Positions 9,719-20,521 of a stretch of DNA of 57,670 nucleotides are shown here, piece by piece (position 1 is the first letter of the stretch; each line of letters begins with the position of its first letter). The translations under genes and the position numbers were made by a program. Under the pieces are notes generated by a model. The model searched no databases, was not told the origin of the DNA, and saw only the letters and a program-made list of their open reading frames with translations. This DNA is from a virus (taxonomy: Duplodnaviria; Caudoviricetes). The stretch is from IMG/VR virus record IMGVR_UViG_3300030330_001991, positions 1 to 57,670 of that record. The stretch is one strand, 5' to 3'.

Positions 9719-12700
9719 ATGCCACAGATAAATAAAGGTTTCGCTCCTACACCAAAAATGAACAAAGACATGGATGAGCGTGTTGTTCGTAGTGGCGAAT
9801 ATAGAGATGCTTTAAATATACAAGTTACTTCCTCAGACGGATCTGATGTTGGTTCTGCTCAATCATTATTGGGTAATACTTTAATATCAACCGGTATAGT
9901 TCCTTTAGGTAGCACGTGTGTTGGTAGTATAGCTCATAATAAAGAAGATAAAATATACTACTTTGTAGCTGGACCTTCTTACGAAGAAAAAGACAGCTTA
10001 AACACTGGTTGTTGGAAAGATTATATTATAGAGTATGATATAAAAACAGAAGTTTTTAAATATGTTTTTGTAGATATATATAGAGCTCATTTTAAAACAT
10101 CTGCCGTGAATAACGGTGGAGATATTCAATTAAATCTTTCTTCACCTATAAGTAGTATTAGAAGAGATATGCAGGTTAATGGTTATGACATAGCAAATAA
10201 TCATGTTATAAAAACTAATGAAACTCAATTAACAGAAGTTGTATCTGCTCAAAATAACATTGTAAAAATTTACAACTCTAAAGTTGATTTTACAACCTCA
10301 CCGCCTATAAATCCAGGCACATTATTACAGTTTACATCTCAACCTATTTTAAAATTTCACCATCATGCTAATACTAAGAATTTAATAACAGGTATTAACA
10401 TAATAGATGGTATGCTGTTTTGGACTGATAATTTTTCAGAACCAAAGAAAATAAATATTGAAAGATCAATAGCTGGTACAGGTGGTACAACTGATTTACC
10501 AGGACCAAATAATATTGTTTTTAATGGTGATAATCCAAATTATCACACTAGGCTTTGTATAACTCCAGATAATAATAGTGAGTTAACAGTAAAAACTAGA
10601 AAAGGTACTTATCCTACTGGTACACCATGGTATACTAAAGAGGAAAATGCCACTGTTATAAAGAAAGGACCTCTTAAGCCACCAAGATTAGTTATGTCTC
10701 AAAATGAAGACGATAGAGATGGTGCGCCTACTTACGCTGAAACCGACGGTACTATAAACAATATAGCCGGACCACCTTCAACAACGGGAAATTCATTTGC
10801 TTATATTGTGCCTAATACAAGTCCAGCTACCTCTGCTATAAAAAATGAAGGTGGAGAATTAACAAATGTTTATGTAGCAACAGCTGTAGATTGGAGAGTT
10901 GATGATCTTATTATATTTAGTCAAGATGAAAATGCTAATAGCGCTGAGGGTTTTACAGATCACGATGTAAGGGCTGTTGTTACAAGCGCTCCATCAGGTG
11001 CTGCTACAGGCCCTTTTGATTTTAGGATAGAATCTATAAATATTGAAAAAATAGATGAAGAACAAAAAGTTTGGAAATTAAGATTAGAACAAAGAAGACC
11101 TTTATTTGAATATAAGTTTGTTAGGTTTGCTTATAGGTATAAATACGAAGACGGAGAGTTTTCTACATTTTCACCTTTTTCAGAGCCAGCTTTTTTAGCT
11201 GGAGAATTTGATTATTTACCTGTTAAAGGGTATAACTTAGGTATGACAAATAGATTAAGACAATTAATCATAAAAGATTATATACCAGAAGACATGCCAA
11301 AAGATGTTATACAGGTTGATATATTATACAAAGATGAATCCAGCCCTAACATTTATACCGTTGAATCTATATTAAGTACAGATGGTTGGACAGTTAAAGA
11401 TGAGTTAATATGGCCTGATAAAATAGGTTTTGAGGCAAACAATCCAGGTTTAACTTCTAGTACTATAGTGTCAGGTCCAGACGCTAGTAGAGGTGAGTAT
11501 AAAATTACATCAGAGTTAATACACAAAACGTTACCTTCTAATCAACTATTAAGACAATGGGATAATGTACCTAGAAAAGCCTTAGCACAAGAGATTAGTG
11601 GTAATAGACTTGTTTTCGGTAACTATGTACAGAACTTTAATATGACACATAGTTCGTTATCACAAGAAATAAAACCTGAAATAGGTGTTAGTTTATCAGC
11701 TAAAGACGCTCCACTTAATGCGCCAGAAGGAACTAGCGATGAGCCTTTAAACGGTGAAGACACCACTACAGGAAATGTTTTACCAGGTAAAACCTGTAGA
11801 TCTTTACGTACATATCAAGTTGGTGTTGTATATGGAGATGAGTACGGTAGAGAAACACCTGTTATAGCTGGTAAAAGTGGTACTGGTAGTATAACAATAC
11901 CTATAGATAATTCTAGTACAATAAATAAATTAAGAGTTGATATTGGTACAAGAGCGCCAGACTTTGCTAAGTATTACAAGTTTTTTGTAAAAGAAACTTC
12001 TAACGAGTACTACAACTTAGCTATGGACAGATGGTATGATGCTGAAGATGGTAATATATGGCTGTCTTTTGCTAGTGCAGATAGAAATAAAGTTGATGAA
12101 GAAACTCATATAATATTAAAAAAGAAACACAACGCTCACATACCTGTTACAGATCCAGCTAGATATAAGATATTAGCAATTGAAAACTCAGCGCCTGATT
12201 TTATAAAAACAAATATAAAATCTTTAGGTAACGGTAACAATGATGGTAACAATAGTATAGGTACTTCTGGTATGGGCTTTCCTTTAGTTGATTACGATCA
12301 AATGTGGATAGCAGCTGGTGCTGGTGGTGTTGACCAGTGGTATAACCAAAGCCCAACTGAATTACTACCAAAGATTAACGATGGAGAGCTTTATATGCGT
12401 GTTCGTTCTAACACTATAAAATCTAACTGGTACCAAATAACTAAACTGAAAATACAAAATAGTTATTTAAAGTTTAAATCAGACAAAGCTTTTGGCGAAG
12501 ATGTTTCTTTTACAAGTAGCGATGGTACTTTTAATAGTAGAATTAATGGTTTAAAAATAGAGTTAGCTGTATTTCATGTTGAAAACAAAAAAGAATTTGA
12601 AGGTAGATTTTTTGTAAAAATATATAAAGATTTAGTTTTATTACAAAACTTAATTAGAACAGAGGCTAGTGATTACAAAGTTTTACAAGCAACAAGGTTA

Positions 12701-15700
12701 GGTTATTTTAATTTACCTAAATATGGTTTTAAAGAAATAAATGTTGGTAACGAAACTGTTGATTGGGAAAGAACAGCTGTATTAAACTGGGGAGAGCTTG
12801 ATGTAGGTAGTGGAAGTTGTAATAGCACTAGTCGTTCTGGTGACTGGGCAGGATTTGAAGGTGGTAGTGGTAAGGCTTCAGAGCATTTTTTCAAAACAAT
12901 TTCTGGTTGGGTTAATAATTGTGGTAATGATACTTGTGCCGCTAGAGACCACACTCAATCTTGGATGCAAAGATCTGAAGGTTTATTTTTTATAGATGCT
13001 ATGTGGACTAGAGGTACAAGATCTAATTGTTCTACTGGTAATTGTTGTCTTAGAAACAAATCTTGTTTTAATCATTCTAGAGGTAACGGTATATCTAACA
13101 ATAACTTAAGAATGGATCTTGGTTATTTACACAAAGGTGATTGGGAATGGAAAAGAGAAGAGGATGAAGAGTTTATTGCAAAGTTTCGATCCGCAGGTAC
13201 CACGTTTAGATTTAGAGAAGATCCAGATAAAATAGTTTACGTTATTACTGGTAGTTATTATAATCCTGATAATAGTTTTTATGGTCAGCATCATACTTGG
13301 CATAGAAGCTCAAACAAAGGTAATGGTAATAACTTAAGTAGATGGAGAATAGATTTTGAAAGAGCTGACATGCCTGGTGTAGGTTTAGGTTCTGGCCCTT
13401 CAGGTTACCATCCTATAGGTCCTAAGTCAACAACTGATGATCCTAGTGTTGCTGAGCTTGGGTTCTACGGTGGTAGAAGAGGTTCTACTACTTGGAAAGT
13501 TGGTCATAACGATGGTGATGATACTAGTTTAAAAGTACCAGCTCCAGACGGAATGACAGATGCTGCTGGTAATCCTGTATCTTCTATGACCTCGGGTTCT
13601 ACATCATACATAGATTCAGAAGGTAATACTGTTTCAGGTTTAACGCAGGCTAAATACTATAGAGTGCACACGGCTAAATATCACCATATAGAAATAGTTG
13701 AACCTATGGAAGATGAGGATGGTGATTGGAGTTCTAAAAATCCTGCTGTATGGGAAACAGAACCAAAAGAAGATGTTGGTATGGATATATACTACGAGGC
13801 ATCACCAGCTCTACCTATAAACATAAACGCAATGACCAACGAGCTGTTTGCTCCTTATGGTTCTATCGTACAAAGAGATTATGATCCTAAATTTCCACCT
13901 GGGGTAAAAGTTCATAGCTGGAGTGACAATAAAGTTACATTAACAAGTGACGACCCTGCTTTTACAGGTGTTCAGCTTGTTCAAGGTGATAGAATAAGGT
14001 TTACTAGACCAGATGGTTTTACAAGCATGGCTACTTGTGATTCACCGGCTGCTTGGCCAGCTTTTTCTTCGCCGGTAATTTCTTTTACAATTAGAGCTTT
14101 TGACCAAGCTCCACACCCATTGTCTAATCATTATTCTGACGCTCCTCATAATCAACCAGCTATACTTTCTTTTTATAATGCTTTTACTTGGGGTAACGGT
14201 ATAGAGTCAGATAGAATAAGAGATGACTTTAATCAAGTAACATTAACAAATGGTGTTAAAGCCTCGACAGTAATGGCAACGCCTTATAAAGAAGAAAGAA
14301 GAAAAACAGGTTTAATACACTCTGGTATATATAACTCTACAAGTGGTGTTAATTCTTTAAACCAATTTTTAACTGCAGAAAAAATAACTAAAGACATGAA
14401 TCCTACTTATGGTAGTATTCAAAAGCTTTACACTAGAGATGGAGATATAGTTTGTTTTCATGAAGACAAAGTAATGAAAGTGTTAGCTAATAAAGATGCT
14501 TTATTTAACGCTGACGGTAATAAAAACGTAGCTATATCATCTAACTTTTTAGGCACAGATACTCCTTTTGCTACTAGATATGGTATATCAACAAATCCAG
14601 AATCTTTTGCTACTGATCTAACCGGTAGAGTTTATTTCTCAGATAGGTCAAGAAGTGCTATATGTAGGCTTTCTGCTAGTGGTATTGATAACATATCTGA
14701 TTACGGTATGAAAGATTGGTTTGACGACCATTTAAATTCACATACAACAAAAATATTAGGTTCGTTTGATGAAAAGAAAGGATTGTACAATATAACTATA
14801 CATGGTAAAGTTCAAGATGCTATTTCTGATAAAGATGAGCAACCAAAAGAATTAGATTCAGGTCCATGTGTTTGTGATCCAAAAGAAGGAAGAGATGGTT
14901 CTAATTTAAACGATTTTAAATTAACATTAAGTTTTAGTGAGAACAGTAAAGGTTGGACATCTTTTAAATCTTTTCTACCTGAAGATGGATTAAGTATAAA
15001 TAATGAATATTATACTTTTAAAAATGGTAACTTATATAAACATCATTCGAATAAAACAAGAAATAATTTCTACGGAGAACAGTTTGACTCTAGCATGACT
15101 GTTGTTTTTAACGACGATCCTGCCGCTGTTAAAAGTTTTACAACTTTAAATTATGAAGGTTCTCAAGCTAGAATAACAAAATCATTAAATGATAGGTTAT
15201 ATTCAAACTTAAATGACAAAAACGGTTGGTATGTAGAAAGTATGAAAACTGATTTACAAGACTGTGCAGAAATAGAGTTTACAAATAAAGAAGGTAAATG
15301 GTTTAGTTATTTAAAAGGAACGTCTACTACTTTAGAAAATTTAGATGAAACAGAGTTTTCTGTACAAGGTATTGGTATTGTTAAGAAAGTTGATGGCGAA
15401 GGAGTGTCAAATACACATTGTTTAACAATAGAACCTAATATACTTTGTAATCAAATACTAGGTTGTACAGACCCATCTGCTTTAAATTACGATCCAAACG
15501 CAAATATTGATGATGGAACATGTGTGTTTCCACCTCCTATAGTTGAAGGTTGTACAGATCCTAAAGCTAGTAACTATAATCCTAATGCTAACGCTGACGA
15601 TGGCTCGTGTATTTTCCCGGGTTGTACTGATCCACAAGCATTAAACTATGATCCAGGTGCAAATCAAGATGATGGTTCTTGTGTTTACGAGGTTGTTATA

Positions 15701-16882
15701 GATGGTTGTATGGATCCAAACGCAACTAATTACGATCCTAACGCTGGAAATGATGATGGTTCTTGTACTTACGCTGGTTGTACAGATCCAAACGCCCTTA
15801 ATTACGTTGGCACAACGACACACTCTATAACTGGTCAAGTTTACAATATAACTATTGATGACGGCAGTTGTAATTTAGAACCTCCTACTTATGGTGAGTT
15901 TTGTGATTCTATAGATGCAAATTTACCTACTGGTACTATTCCAATTGTAGCTGACGCTAGCGGTGTTAATGGAGAACCTTGGAATGGAGCTTATCCTTGT
16001 GTCTCAAACCCAGGTAACGCAGATTATACACACTGGGTTTATCCAGCTGAGATACTATCATCGCATCCAGATTTTGGATATCAAACGGAGAAAAATTGGT
16101 TTACTACGACTTTTTATACTAACACAAACCCTAATATCACTGTAAATCCTGGGTTTGCTGTTAAAACAAATGTAATGACCTCCGCTTTTAGTAATCATTA
16201 TGACGATTGGAATAATGTTTGTAATGGAAATGATGGTCAAGATTCTTCTCAAAAAGTAGATTATTGGTATTTAGAGGTAAGATCCAATGAATCAATGTAT
16301 CCACACAACAACACTTATACAGAATCTTTCTTAGAGGCAATAGCAAATCAATCTGGTTTTACTAACCAAGGTGTAACACCTAAATTAGCAGGTATTAGTT
16401 GGGGCTATTCGCACTCTTCGTGGACTACCCATCACGCTAACTTATCTTGGAACTCATCTAACTCTCAATACGTATCCCTAGACAGAGGATGGGCGTTACT
16501 TCAATTTGATACTTATGAAAATTTAATTAATTTTCTAAATGCAATGAGAGACGATAGTAACAACCCAGTTTTTAACACTAGTTTTAATTTAAACACAAGT
16601 ATTGTAGATGTTTATAATGCGTCTTCTCAAGTAGTTGGACCTTACAACGATATTTTGTCTATAGGAAATGGTAGAAGATGGTTGTGGCCACAGTTAAGAA
16701 CCTGCTCAACAACGCAAGGTTTGTTGATGAGTGGACAGACTGGTCACTCGTGGCAAGACCCTCTTACTGCTTGGTCTGCTAATGGTTTTGGTGGGACACC
16801 TTTTAACGGGTCTGGAAATGGAAACCATCCAACAAACTTCCATCCATATAATAAAAACTCTAGTGGAACTAGTTTACCTTAA
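9719..16882 (+). CDS. Large tail stabilisation/nozzle-like protein with C-terminal GCTD repeats
   Basis: 2387 aa. N-terminal MNKDMDER..GEYRDALN, beta-rich body, FAYRYKYEDGE motif; five GCxDP..NY..DDGSC repeats precede a distinct C-terminal domain. Confidence 0.65.
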   Translation: MPQINKGFAPTPKMNKDMDERVVRSGEYRDALNIQVTSSDGSDVGSAQSLLGNTLISTGIVPLGSTCVGSIAHNKEDKIYYFVAGPSYEEKDSLNTGCWKDYIIEYDIKTEVFKYVFVDIYRAHFKTSAVNNGGDIQLNLSSPISSIRRDMQVNGYDIANNHVIKTNETQLTEVVSAQNNIVKIYNSKVDFTTSPPINPGTLLQFTSQPILKFHHHANTKNLITGINIIDGMLFWTDNFSEPKKINIERSIAGTGGTTDLPGPNNIVFNGDNPNYHTRLCITPDNNSELTVKTRKGTYPTGTPWYTKEENATVIKKGPLKPPRLVMSQNEDDRDGAPTYAETDGTINNIAGPPSTTGNSFAYIVPNTSPATSAIKNEGGELTNVYVATAVDWRVDDLIIFSQDENANSAEGFTDHDVRAVVTSAPSGAATGPFDFRIESINIEKIDEEQKVWKLRLEQRRPLFEYKFVRFAYRYKYEDGEFSTFSPFSEPAFLAGEFDYLPVKGYNLGMTNRLRQLIIKDYIPEDMPKDVIQVDILYKDESSPNIYTVESILSTDGWTVKDELIWPDKIGFEANNPGLTSSTIVSGPDASRGEYKITSELIHKTLPSNQLLRQWDNVPRKALAQEISGNRLVFGNYVQNFNMTHSSLSQEIKPEIGVSLSAKDAPLNAPEGTSDEPLNGEDTTTGNVLPGKTCRSLRTYQVGVVYGDEYGRETPVIAGKSGTGSITIPIDNSSTINKLRVDIGTRAPDFAKYYKFFVKETSNEYYNLAMDRWYDAEDGNIWLSFASADRNKVDEETHIILKKKHNAHIPVTDPARYKILAIENSAPDFIKTNIKSLGNGNNDGNNSIGTSGMGFPLVDYDQMWIAAGAGGVDQWYNQSPTELLPKINDGELYMRVRSNTIKSNWYQITKLKIQNSYLKFKSDKAFGEDVSFTSSDGTFNSRINGLKIELAVFHVENKKEFEGRFFVKIYKDLVLLQNLIRTEASDYKVLQATRLGYFNLPKYGFKEINVGNETVDWERTAVLNWGELDVGSGSCNSTSRSGDWAGFEGGSGKASEHFFKTISGWVNNCGNDTCAARDHTQSWMQRSEGLFFIDAMWTRGTRSNCSTGNCCLRNKSCFNHSRGNGISNNNLRMDLGYLHKGDWEWKREEDEEFIAKFRSAGTTFRFREDPDKIVYVITGSYYNPDNSFYGQHHTWHRSSNKGNGNNLSRWRIDFERADMPGVGLGSGPSGYHPIGPKSTTDDPSVAELGFYGGRRGSTTWKVGHNDGDDTSLKVPAPDGMTDAAGNPVSSMTSGSTSYIDSEGNTVSGLTQAKYYRVHTAKYHHIEIVEPMEDEDGDWSSKNPAVWETEPKEDVGMDIYYEASPALPININAMTNELFAPYGSIVQRDYDPKFPPGVKVHSWSDNKVTLTSDDPAFTGVQLVQGDRIRFTRPDGFTSMATCDSPAAWPAFSSPVISFTIRAFDQAPHPLSNHYSDAPHNQPAILSFYNAFTWGNGIESDRIRDDFNQVTLTNGVKASTVMATPYKEERRKTGLIHSGIYNSTSGVNSLNQFLTAEKITKDMNPTYGSIQKLYTRDGDIVCFHEDKVMKVLANKDALFNADGNKNVAISSNFLGTDTPFATRYGISTNPESFATDLTGRVYFSDRSRSAICRLSASGIDNISDYGMKDWFDDHLNSHTTKILGSFDEKKGLYNITIHGKVQDAISDKDEQPKELDSGPCVCDPKEGRDGSNLNDFKLTLSFSENSKGWTSFKSFLPEDGLSINNEYYTFKNGNLYKHHSNKTRNNFYGEQFDSSMTVVFNDDPAAVKSFTTLNYEGSQARITKSLNDRLYSNLNDKNGWYVESMKTDLQDCAEIEFTNKEGKWFSYLKGTSTTLENLDETEFSVQGIGIVKKVDGEGVSNTHCLTIEPNILCNQILGCTDPSALNYDPNANIDDGTCVFPPPIVEGCTDPKASNYNPNANADDGSCIFPGCTDPQALNYDPGANQDDGSCVYEVVIDGCMDPNATNYDPNAGNDDGSCTYAGCTDPNALNYVGTTTHSITGQVYNITIDDGSCNLEPPTYGEFCDSIDANLPTGTIPIVADASGVNGEPWNGAYPCVSNPGNADYTHWVYPAEILSSHPDFGYQTEKNWFTTTFYTNTNPNITVNPGFAVKTNVMTSAFSNHYDDWNNVCNGNDGQDSSQKVDYWYLEVRSNESMYPHNNTYTESFLEAIANQSGFTNQGVTPKLAGISWGYSHSSWTTHHANLSWNSSNSQYVSLDRGWALLQFDTYENLINFLNAMRDDSNNPVFNTSFNLNTSIVDVYNASSQVVGPYNDILSIGNGRRWLWPQLRTCSTTQGLLMSGQTGHSWQDPLTAWSANGFGGTPFNGSGNGNHPTNFHPYNKNSSGTSLP
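15461..15871 (+). repeat. Five coding GC(T/M)DPxAxNYxPxAxxDDG(S/T)C repeats
   Basis: Read directly from the translation; the fifth copy has an insertion. Confidence 0.9.
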
Positions 16883-16892
16883 ATAAATAAAC

Positions 16893-17723
16893 ATGGCATA
16901 TTTTTTTACAATAAACAGGAAGTTAGAAGACACAGACGACTATGGTTGTACTTGTTTTTCTACAAATCAATTAACAGGACAAGTTGCCTCTTCAGGCGGT
17001 TTGTTAGATGGTGATATAATTTGGTATTTAGACGCAGACCCAGGTTACACTGTTAGCGTTTCTGATTTTAGTATACCAAACACAACACCAACAAATGTTC
17101 CACAACCAGTTGGTTATAAAACTTTTGAAGGTGCCGGTGTACCAAGCCCTATATTAGGGGTTGTTTTTGAACAAGATACTCCAACTAGAATAATTATAAG
17201 AATATTTTTATATCCTAACTCTACACATGGTATAACTGGGAACGCTTTTGTTATGCCAGATAATAGTGTTACGGCTTCTTTAGATATTGATGGGTGTGCT
17301 TTCCCTGCTGGTGATGAACATTCAATAACAGTTGTTCACAATATTAGCGGTGATCAAAAAGATCTTTGTAATGTCAATTGTGTTATAGAAAATGATTTTG
17401 CTAGTATATTAACTAAACAAACTATAAATCATGAAACAACAGTTAGCGGTATGCTAGATGATTCACATAATGACGCGAAGCTATTTAATTATATTTTAAC
17501 AGCACCTGCTGGTCAAAAATTTAGAGTAGAACCAACTATAGTGTTAGACACTAATAAGTATTACTATACTTCTACTTTTAACTCTGAAATGACAGAAGCT
17601 ACTTTTTGTGTGTACAAAGGTACTCAACAACAAGTATCTACAGGTGCTGGTAGTACACCTTTAAGGCAACCACCTACAACTTCAATAGCTCAAACAAGTG
17701 TTAGTAGAACTTCTTCATATTAA
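16893..17723 (+). CDS. Putative tail-associated protein
   Basis: 276 aa, beta-rich, in the tail module. Confidence 0.45.
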   Translation: MAYFFTINRKLEDTDDYGCTCFSTNQLTGQVASSGGLLDGDIIWYLDADPGYTVSVSDFSIPNTTPTNVPQPVGYKTFEGAGVPSPILGVVFEQDTPTRIIIRIFLYPNSTHGITGNAFVMPDNSVTASLDIDGCAFPAGDEHSITVVHNISGDQKDLCNVNCVIENDFASILTKQTINHETTVSGMLDDSHNDAKLFNYILTAPAGQKFRVEPTIVLDTNKYYYTSTFNSEMTEATFCVYKGTQQQVSTGAGSTPLRQPPTTSIAQTSVSRTSSY

Positions 17724-17738
17724 TTTAAATATATAAAA

Positions 17739-19526
17739 ATGATTTGCGAAAGATGTAATAATAACCAGGTACAAACTATAAACTACTCTTCATGTGCTCA
17801 GGCTAATGCTGATAATGCAGGTGGGTATAACGATTGGATACCAGAGCAGTATATACCGTCTATGTCTTGGCAGACAGCTGGAGATGGTACGATATGTACT
17901 CCTTATGGTCAAAATTTAAAAAATAGCTGGCTAAACAGCTCGATGAATACAGTTAATTTAGTTGTAAATACTAGCGGTGGTGATGATCCAGGTGGCGGTG
18001 ATCCTAGTGGTGGAGATCCAGTTGGCGACCCAGTTGGTGATCCAGTTGGTGGTTATAACTTTGGCGATGTTAATACACTTCCTTGTGGGACGTCATTTTT
18101 TATAGATAATTCAAATGGACAAACATTTAACGCTAGCGTAGTAAACAATGATGGTGTGTTTAGAGGTTATTTATGTATGAGATGTGAAGGTATTGACCAC
18201 TCATATACTCTTAATCCACGTGTTTATGGGTCAGATGCTAGTGCGCTAGGTGTTCCTAGTGGAACGTGGATAACCTGTGATCAAGCAAACACTATTAACA
18301 TGAGTGGTCATAATGATTGGGCTCCTCAGCATACGTATTATTTAGAAGAGCCATGCGGTTGTAATCAAAGCTCTGGAGTGTCAAACGATCCTATTGTTAC
18401 TGCAGATCCAAGAGATCCTATAATAACATTAGATGATAGAGGTAATCAAGTTGTAATAACAAGTAATGAAATCAACGAGTGCTATGTTAACACACCACCG
18501 GTACAAATTACAACAGCTAAAGAAGAAACAACCGCTACGGTCACATGTGAGTTAGAGACTATACCTATACCTAGAGTAAACAATATAACAGATCTTATTT
18601 GTATAACAAAGTCAGATATATTTAATAAACCAACAACTGTTGGTGGTGATGCTGGTAGTGACTCAAGTGAAGAAGATGATAATAATGAAACAACACAATA
18701 TCCTGTAGATGAGTTTGGCAATACATTAATAGAAACAGGTCTTGTTAATTATTTAAGCGCTGCGGGTGGAACTCATAAGTTTAGAGTACTTGGAGATCAT
18801 ATGGCTAATTTTGATTTAGTTGTTTACAACGAGACAACTGGTAAGTATTATAATTGGGCTATGGATGGAGGATTAGGAACTTTTTCTAATGGACACCATG
18901 TTATGAACGGAAATGCTAATGCCGTTGCTCTTGGTCACCCAGATACTTTTGATGTTGTATTTCCTACTGTGTCAACAGCAACTACATATAAAGTATATTT
19001 TGTAGAAAGCGCGCCTACTATATACAAACCGTTTACAACGCCTACAAACTTAACAGCAAAATGGACTATAAATCAATTAGTAAACATTACAACAACTGTT
19101 AATTGGGGTTCAACTATTTCATCTCTTAGCACTGTTACTGATGGTAGTAACGGTAGTACGGTTGCGTATACTTTTAGTACATCTGCTGGTTCTAATTTAA
19201 GTTCTAATCCAAATGTTAGTGGAGAAAAAGCATTTACAATAACATTTTTTGTATCAGGTAGTAAAACTATGGACTGGACTGTTGCAAGAAAAGATTTTTA
19301 TGGTACAGGTGTTCACAATGATGTTGTTACAATAGATGATATCGATACTCCAGATACTGGTGATTTATCTTCTATATTATCTATAAACGCTACAGCGTCA
19401 TTTGTTAACAATGGCGAAGGTGCTGGATGTACAGGTACTATAACTGGTAGTATGACTTTTGGTCAAATGCCACTTATTAATCAGTCAATAATATTTAACC
19501 CAGATTCATTTTTTACAATAGCATAA
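17739..19526 (+). CDS. Putative tail/receptor-binding-associated protein
   Basis: 595 aa, Thr/Gly/Cys-rich. GGDP/GDPV low-complexity linker and an internally duplicated CxQAN...GxNDWxP motif. Confidence 0.45.
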   Translation: MICERCNNNQVQTINYSSCAQANADNAGGYNDWIPEQYIPSMSWQTAGDGTICTPYGQNLKNSWLNSSMNTVNLVVNTSGGDDPGGGDPSGGDPVGDPVGDPVGGYNFGDVNTLPCGTSFFIDNSNGQTFNASVVNNDGVFRGYLCMRCEGIDHSYTLNPRVYGSDASALGVPSGTWITCDQANTINMSGHNDWAPQHTYYLEEPCGCNQSSGVSNDPIVTADPRDPIITLDDRGNQVVITSNEINECYVNTPPVQITTAKEETTATVTCELETIPIPRVNNITDLICITKSDIFNKPTTVGGDAGSDSSEEDDNNETTQYPVDEFGNTLIETGLVNYLSAAGGTHKFRVLGDHMANFDLVVYNETTGKYYNWAMDGGLGTFSNGHHVMNGNANAVALGHPDTFDVVFPTVSTATTYKVYFVESAPTIYKPFTTPTNLTAKWTINQLVNITTTVNWGSTISSLSTVTDGSNGSTVAYTFSTSAGSNLSSNPNVSGEKAFTITFFVSGSKTMDWTVARKDFYGTGVHNDVVTIDDIDTPDTGDLSSILSINATASFVNNGEGAGCTGTITGSMTFGQMPLINQSIIFNPDSFFTIA

Positions 19527-19527
19527 T

Positions 19528-19869
19528 ATGATAACACTTACTTTTGATTTTCCTTTAAATGTTTCAGTACAAGTTGGAGACTGCGCTTATTTTGTACCTA
19601 CAACAACTAGCTCTAACTTTAACGTTAACAGTTCTTCTGTACAAAAAATAGGTATAATAACATCTATTATACATGCTTCTAATACTATAGTTACTGATGG
19701 TAGTGGCGCCGCTCCTTCTAATGGGGATTTTATACTTTTTTCTAAAGACAATAAAGTTAACATGACAAGTTTACTTGGTTATTATGCTAGTACAACTATA
19801 AGAAACAACTCTACAGATAAATCAGAGTTGTTCAATATAAGCGCTGATTATATTGAAAGTAGTAAATAA
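19528..19869 (+). CDS. Small virion protein, putative
   Basis: 113 aa with NVSVQVGD motif, at the end of the tail module. Confidence 0.45.
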   Translation: MITLTFDFPLNVSVQVGDCAYFVPTTTSSNFNVNSSSVQKIGIITSIIHASNTIVTDGSGAAPSNGDFILFSKDNKVNMTSLLGYYASTTIRNNSTDKSELFNISADYIESSK

Positions 19870-19890
19870 GTGGCAAAAACTGTGACTATA
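19862..19890 (+). promoter_or_regulatory. Class II phage promoter candidate GTAAA-N15-GTGACTATA
   Basis: Same motif and exact 15-nt spacing at 33131 (+) and 49005 (-); each copy lies just upstream of a start codon. Confidence 0.6.
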
Positions 19891-19914
19891 TACTAAATTT
19901 AATCAAGTGTAATT

Positions 19915-20517
19915 ATGGACGAAAAAATAAACAAACAAGTTGAAGAAGAACCTTTAACAAAAGAGGAAAGTAGAGCTCAATTTGTAAAGATTACTAATGA
20001 ATTAGGTATAAAACACTCTTTTAATTTTGATGAAGCATGGGAAATAGGTGAAGAAATTAGAAGAAGAAATACTTTTAGAGAAAAAATAAACGATGTAGAG
20101 CAAGCTATAATAAATTCTACAGAAGGTGTTAGTGGTAAGGATTTGCAAAAAACAAACCCTGTTAAACACACTTTTGCTGGTGGTTGTTATATAAGAGAAA
20201 TATACAATCCAGCTAACGAACTTATTATAACAAAGATACACAAGAAAGAACATCCGTTTTTTTTAATGAAAGGAGAAATGTCAATACTAACAGAGGAAGG
20301 TATACAACATATAAAAGCACCTTATCAAGGTGTTACAAAACCAGGAACAAAAAGAGCAATATACACACATGAAGAGTGTGTTTTTATAACAGTGCACGCT
20401 ACAGAACATACAACTATAAAAGACGTTGAAAATGAGGTTGTGTGTACAGAATATAAAGATTTACCAGAAGGTAGTGATGCTTTAGAAATACTAAAAAAAA
20501 TTAATTTAAAAGAATAA
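19915..20517 (+). CDS. Cupin-like protein
   Basis: HTFAGGCYIREI...KIHKKEHPFFLMKGEMSI...ITVH pattern typical of double-stranded beta-helix folds. Confidence 0.55.
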   Translation: MDEKINKQVEEEPLTKEESRAQFVKITNELGIKHSFNFDEAWEIGEEIRRRNTFREKINDVEQAIINSTEGVSGKDLQKTNPVKHTFAGGCYIREIYNPANELIITKIHKKEHPFFLMKGEMSILTEEGIQHIKAPYQGVTKPGTKRAIYTHEECVFITVHATEHTTIKDVENEVVCTEYKDLPEGSDALEILKKINLKE

Positions 20518-20521
20518 CAAT

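Noticed and set aside
17976-18052. GGDP/GDPV short tandem repeat as a contingency locus
   Set aside because: In-frame and degenerate at codon third positions; best explained as a flexible protein linker.
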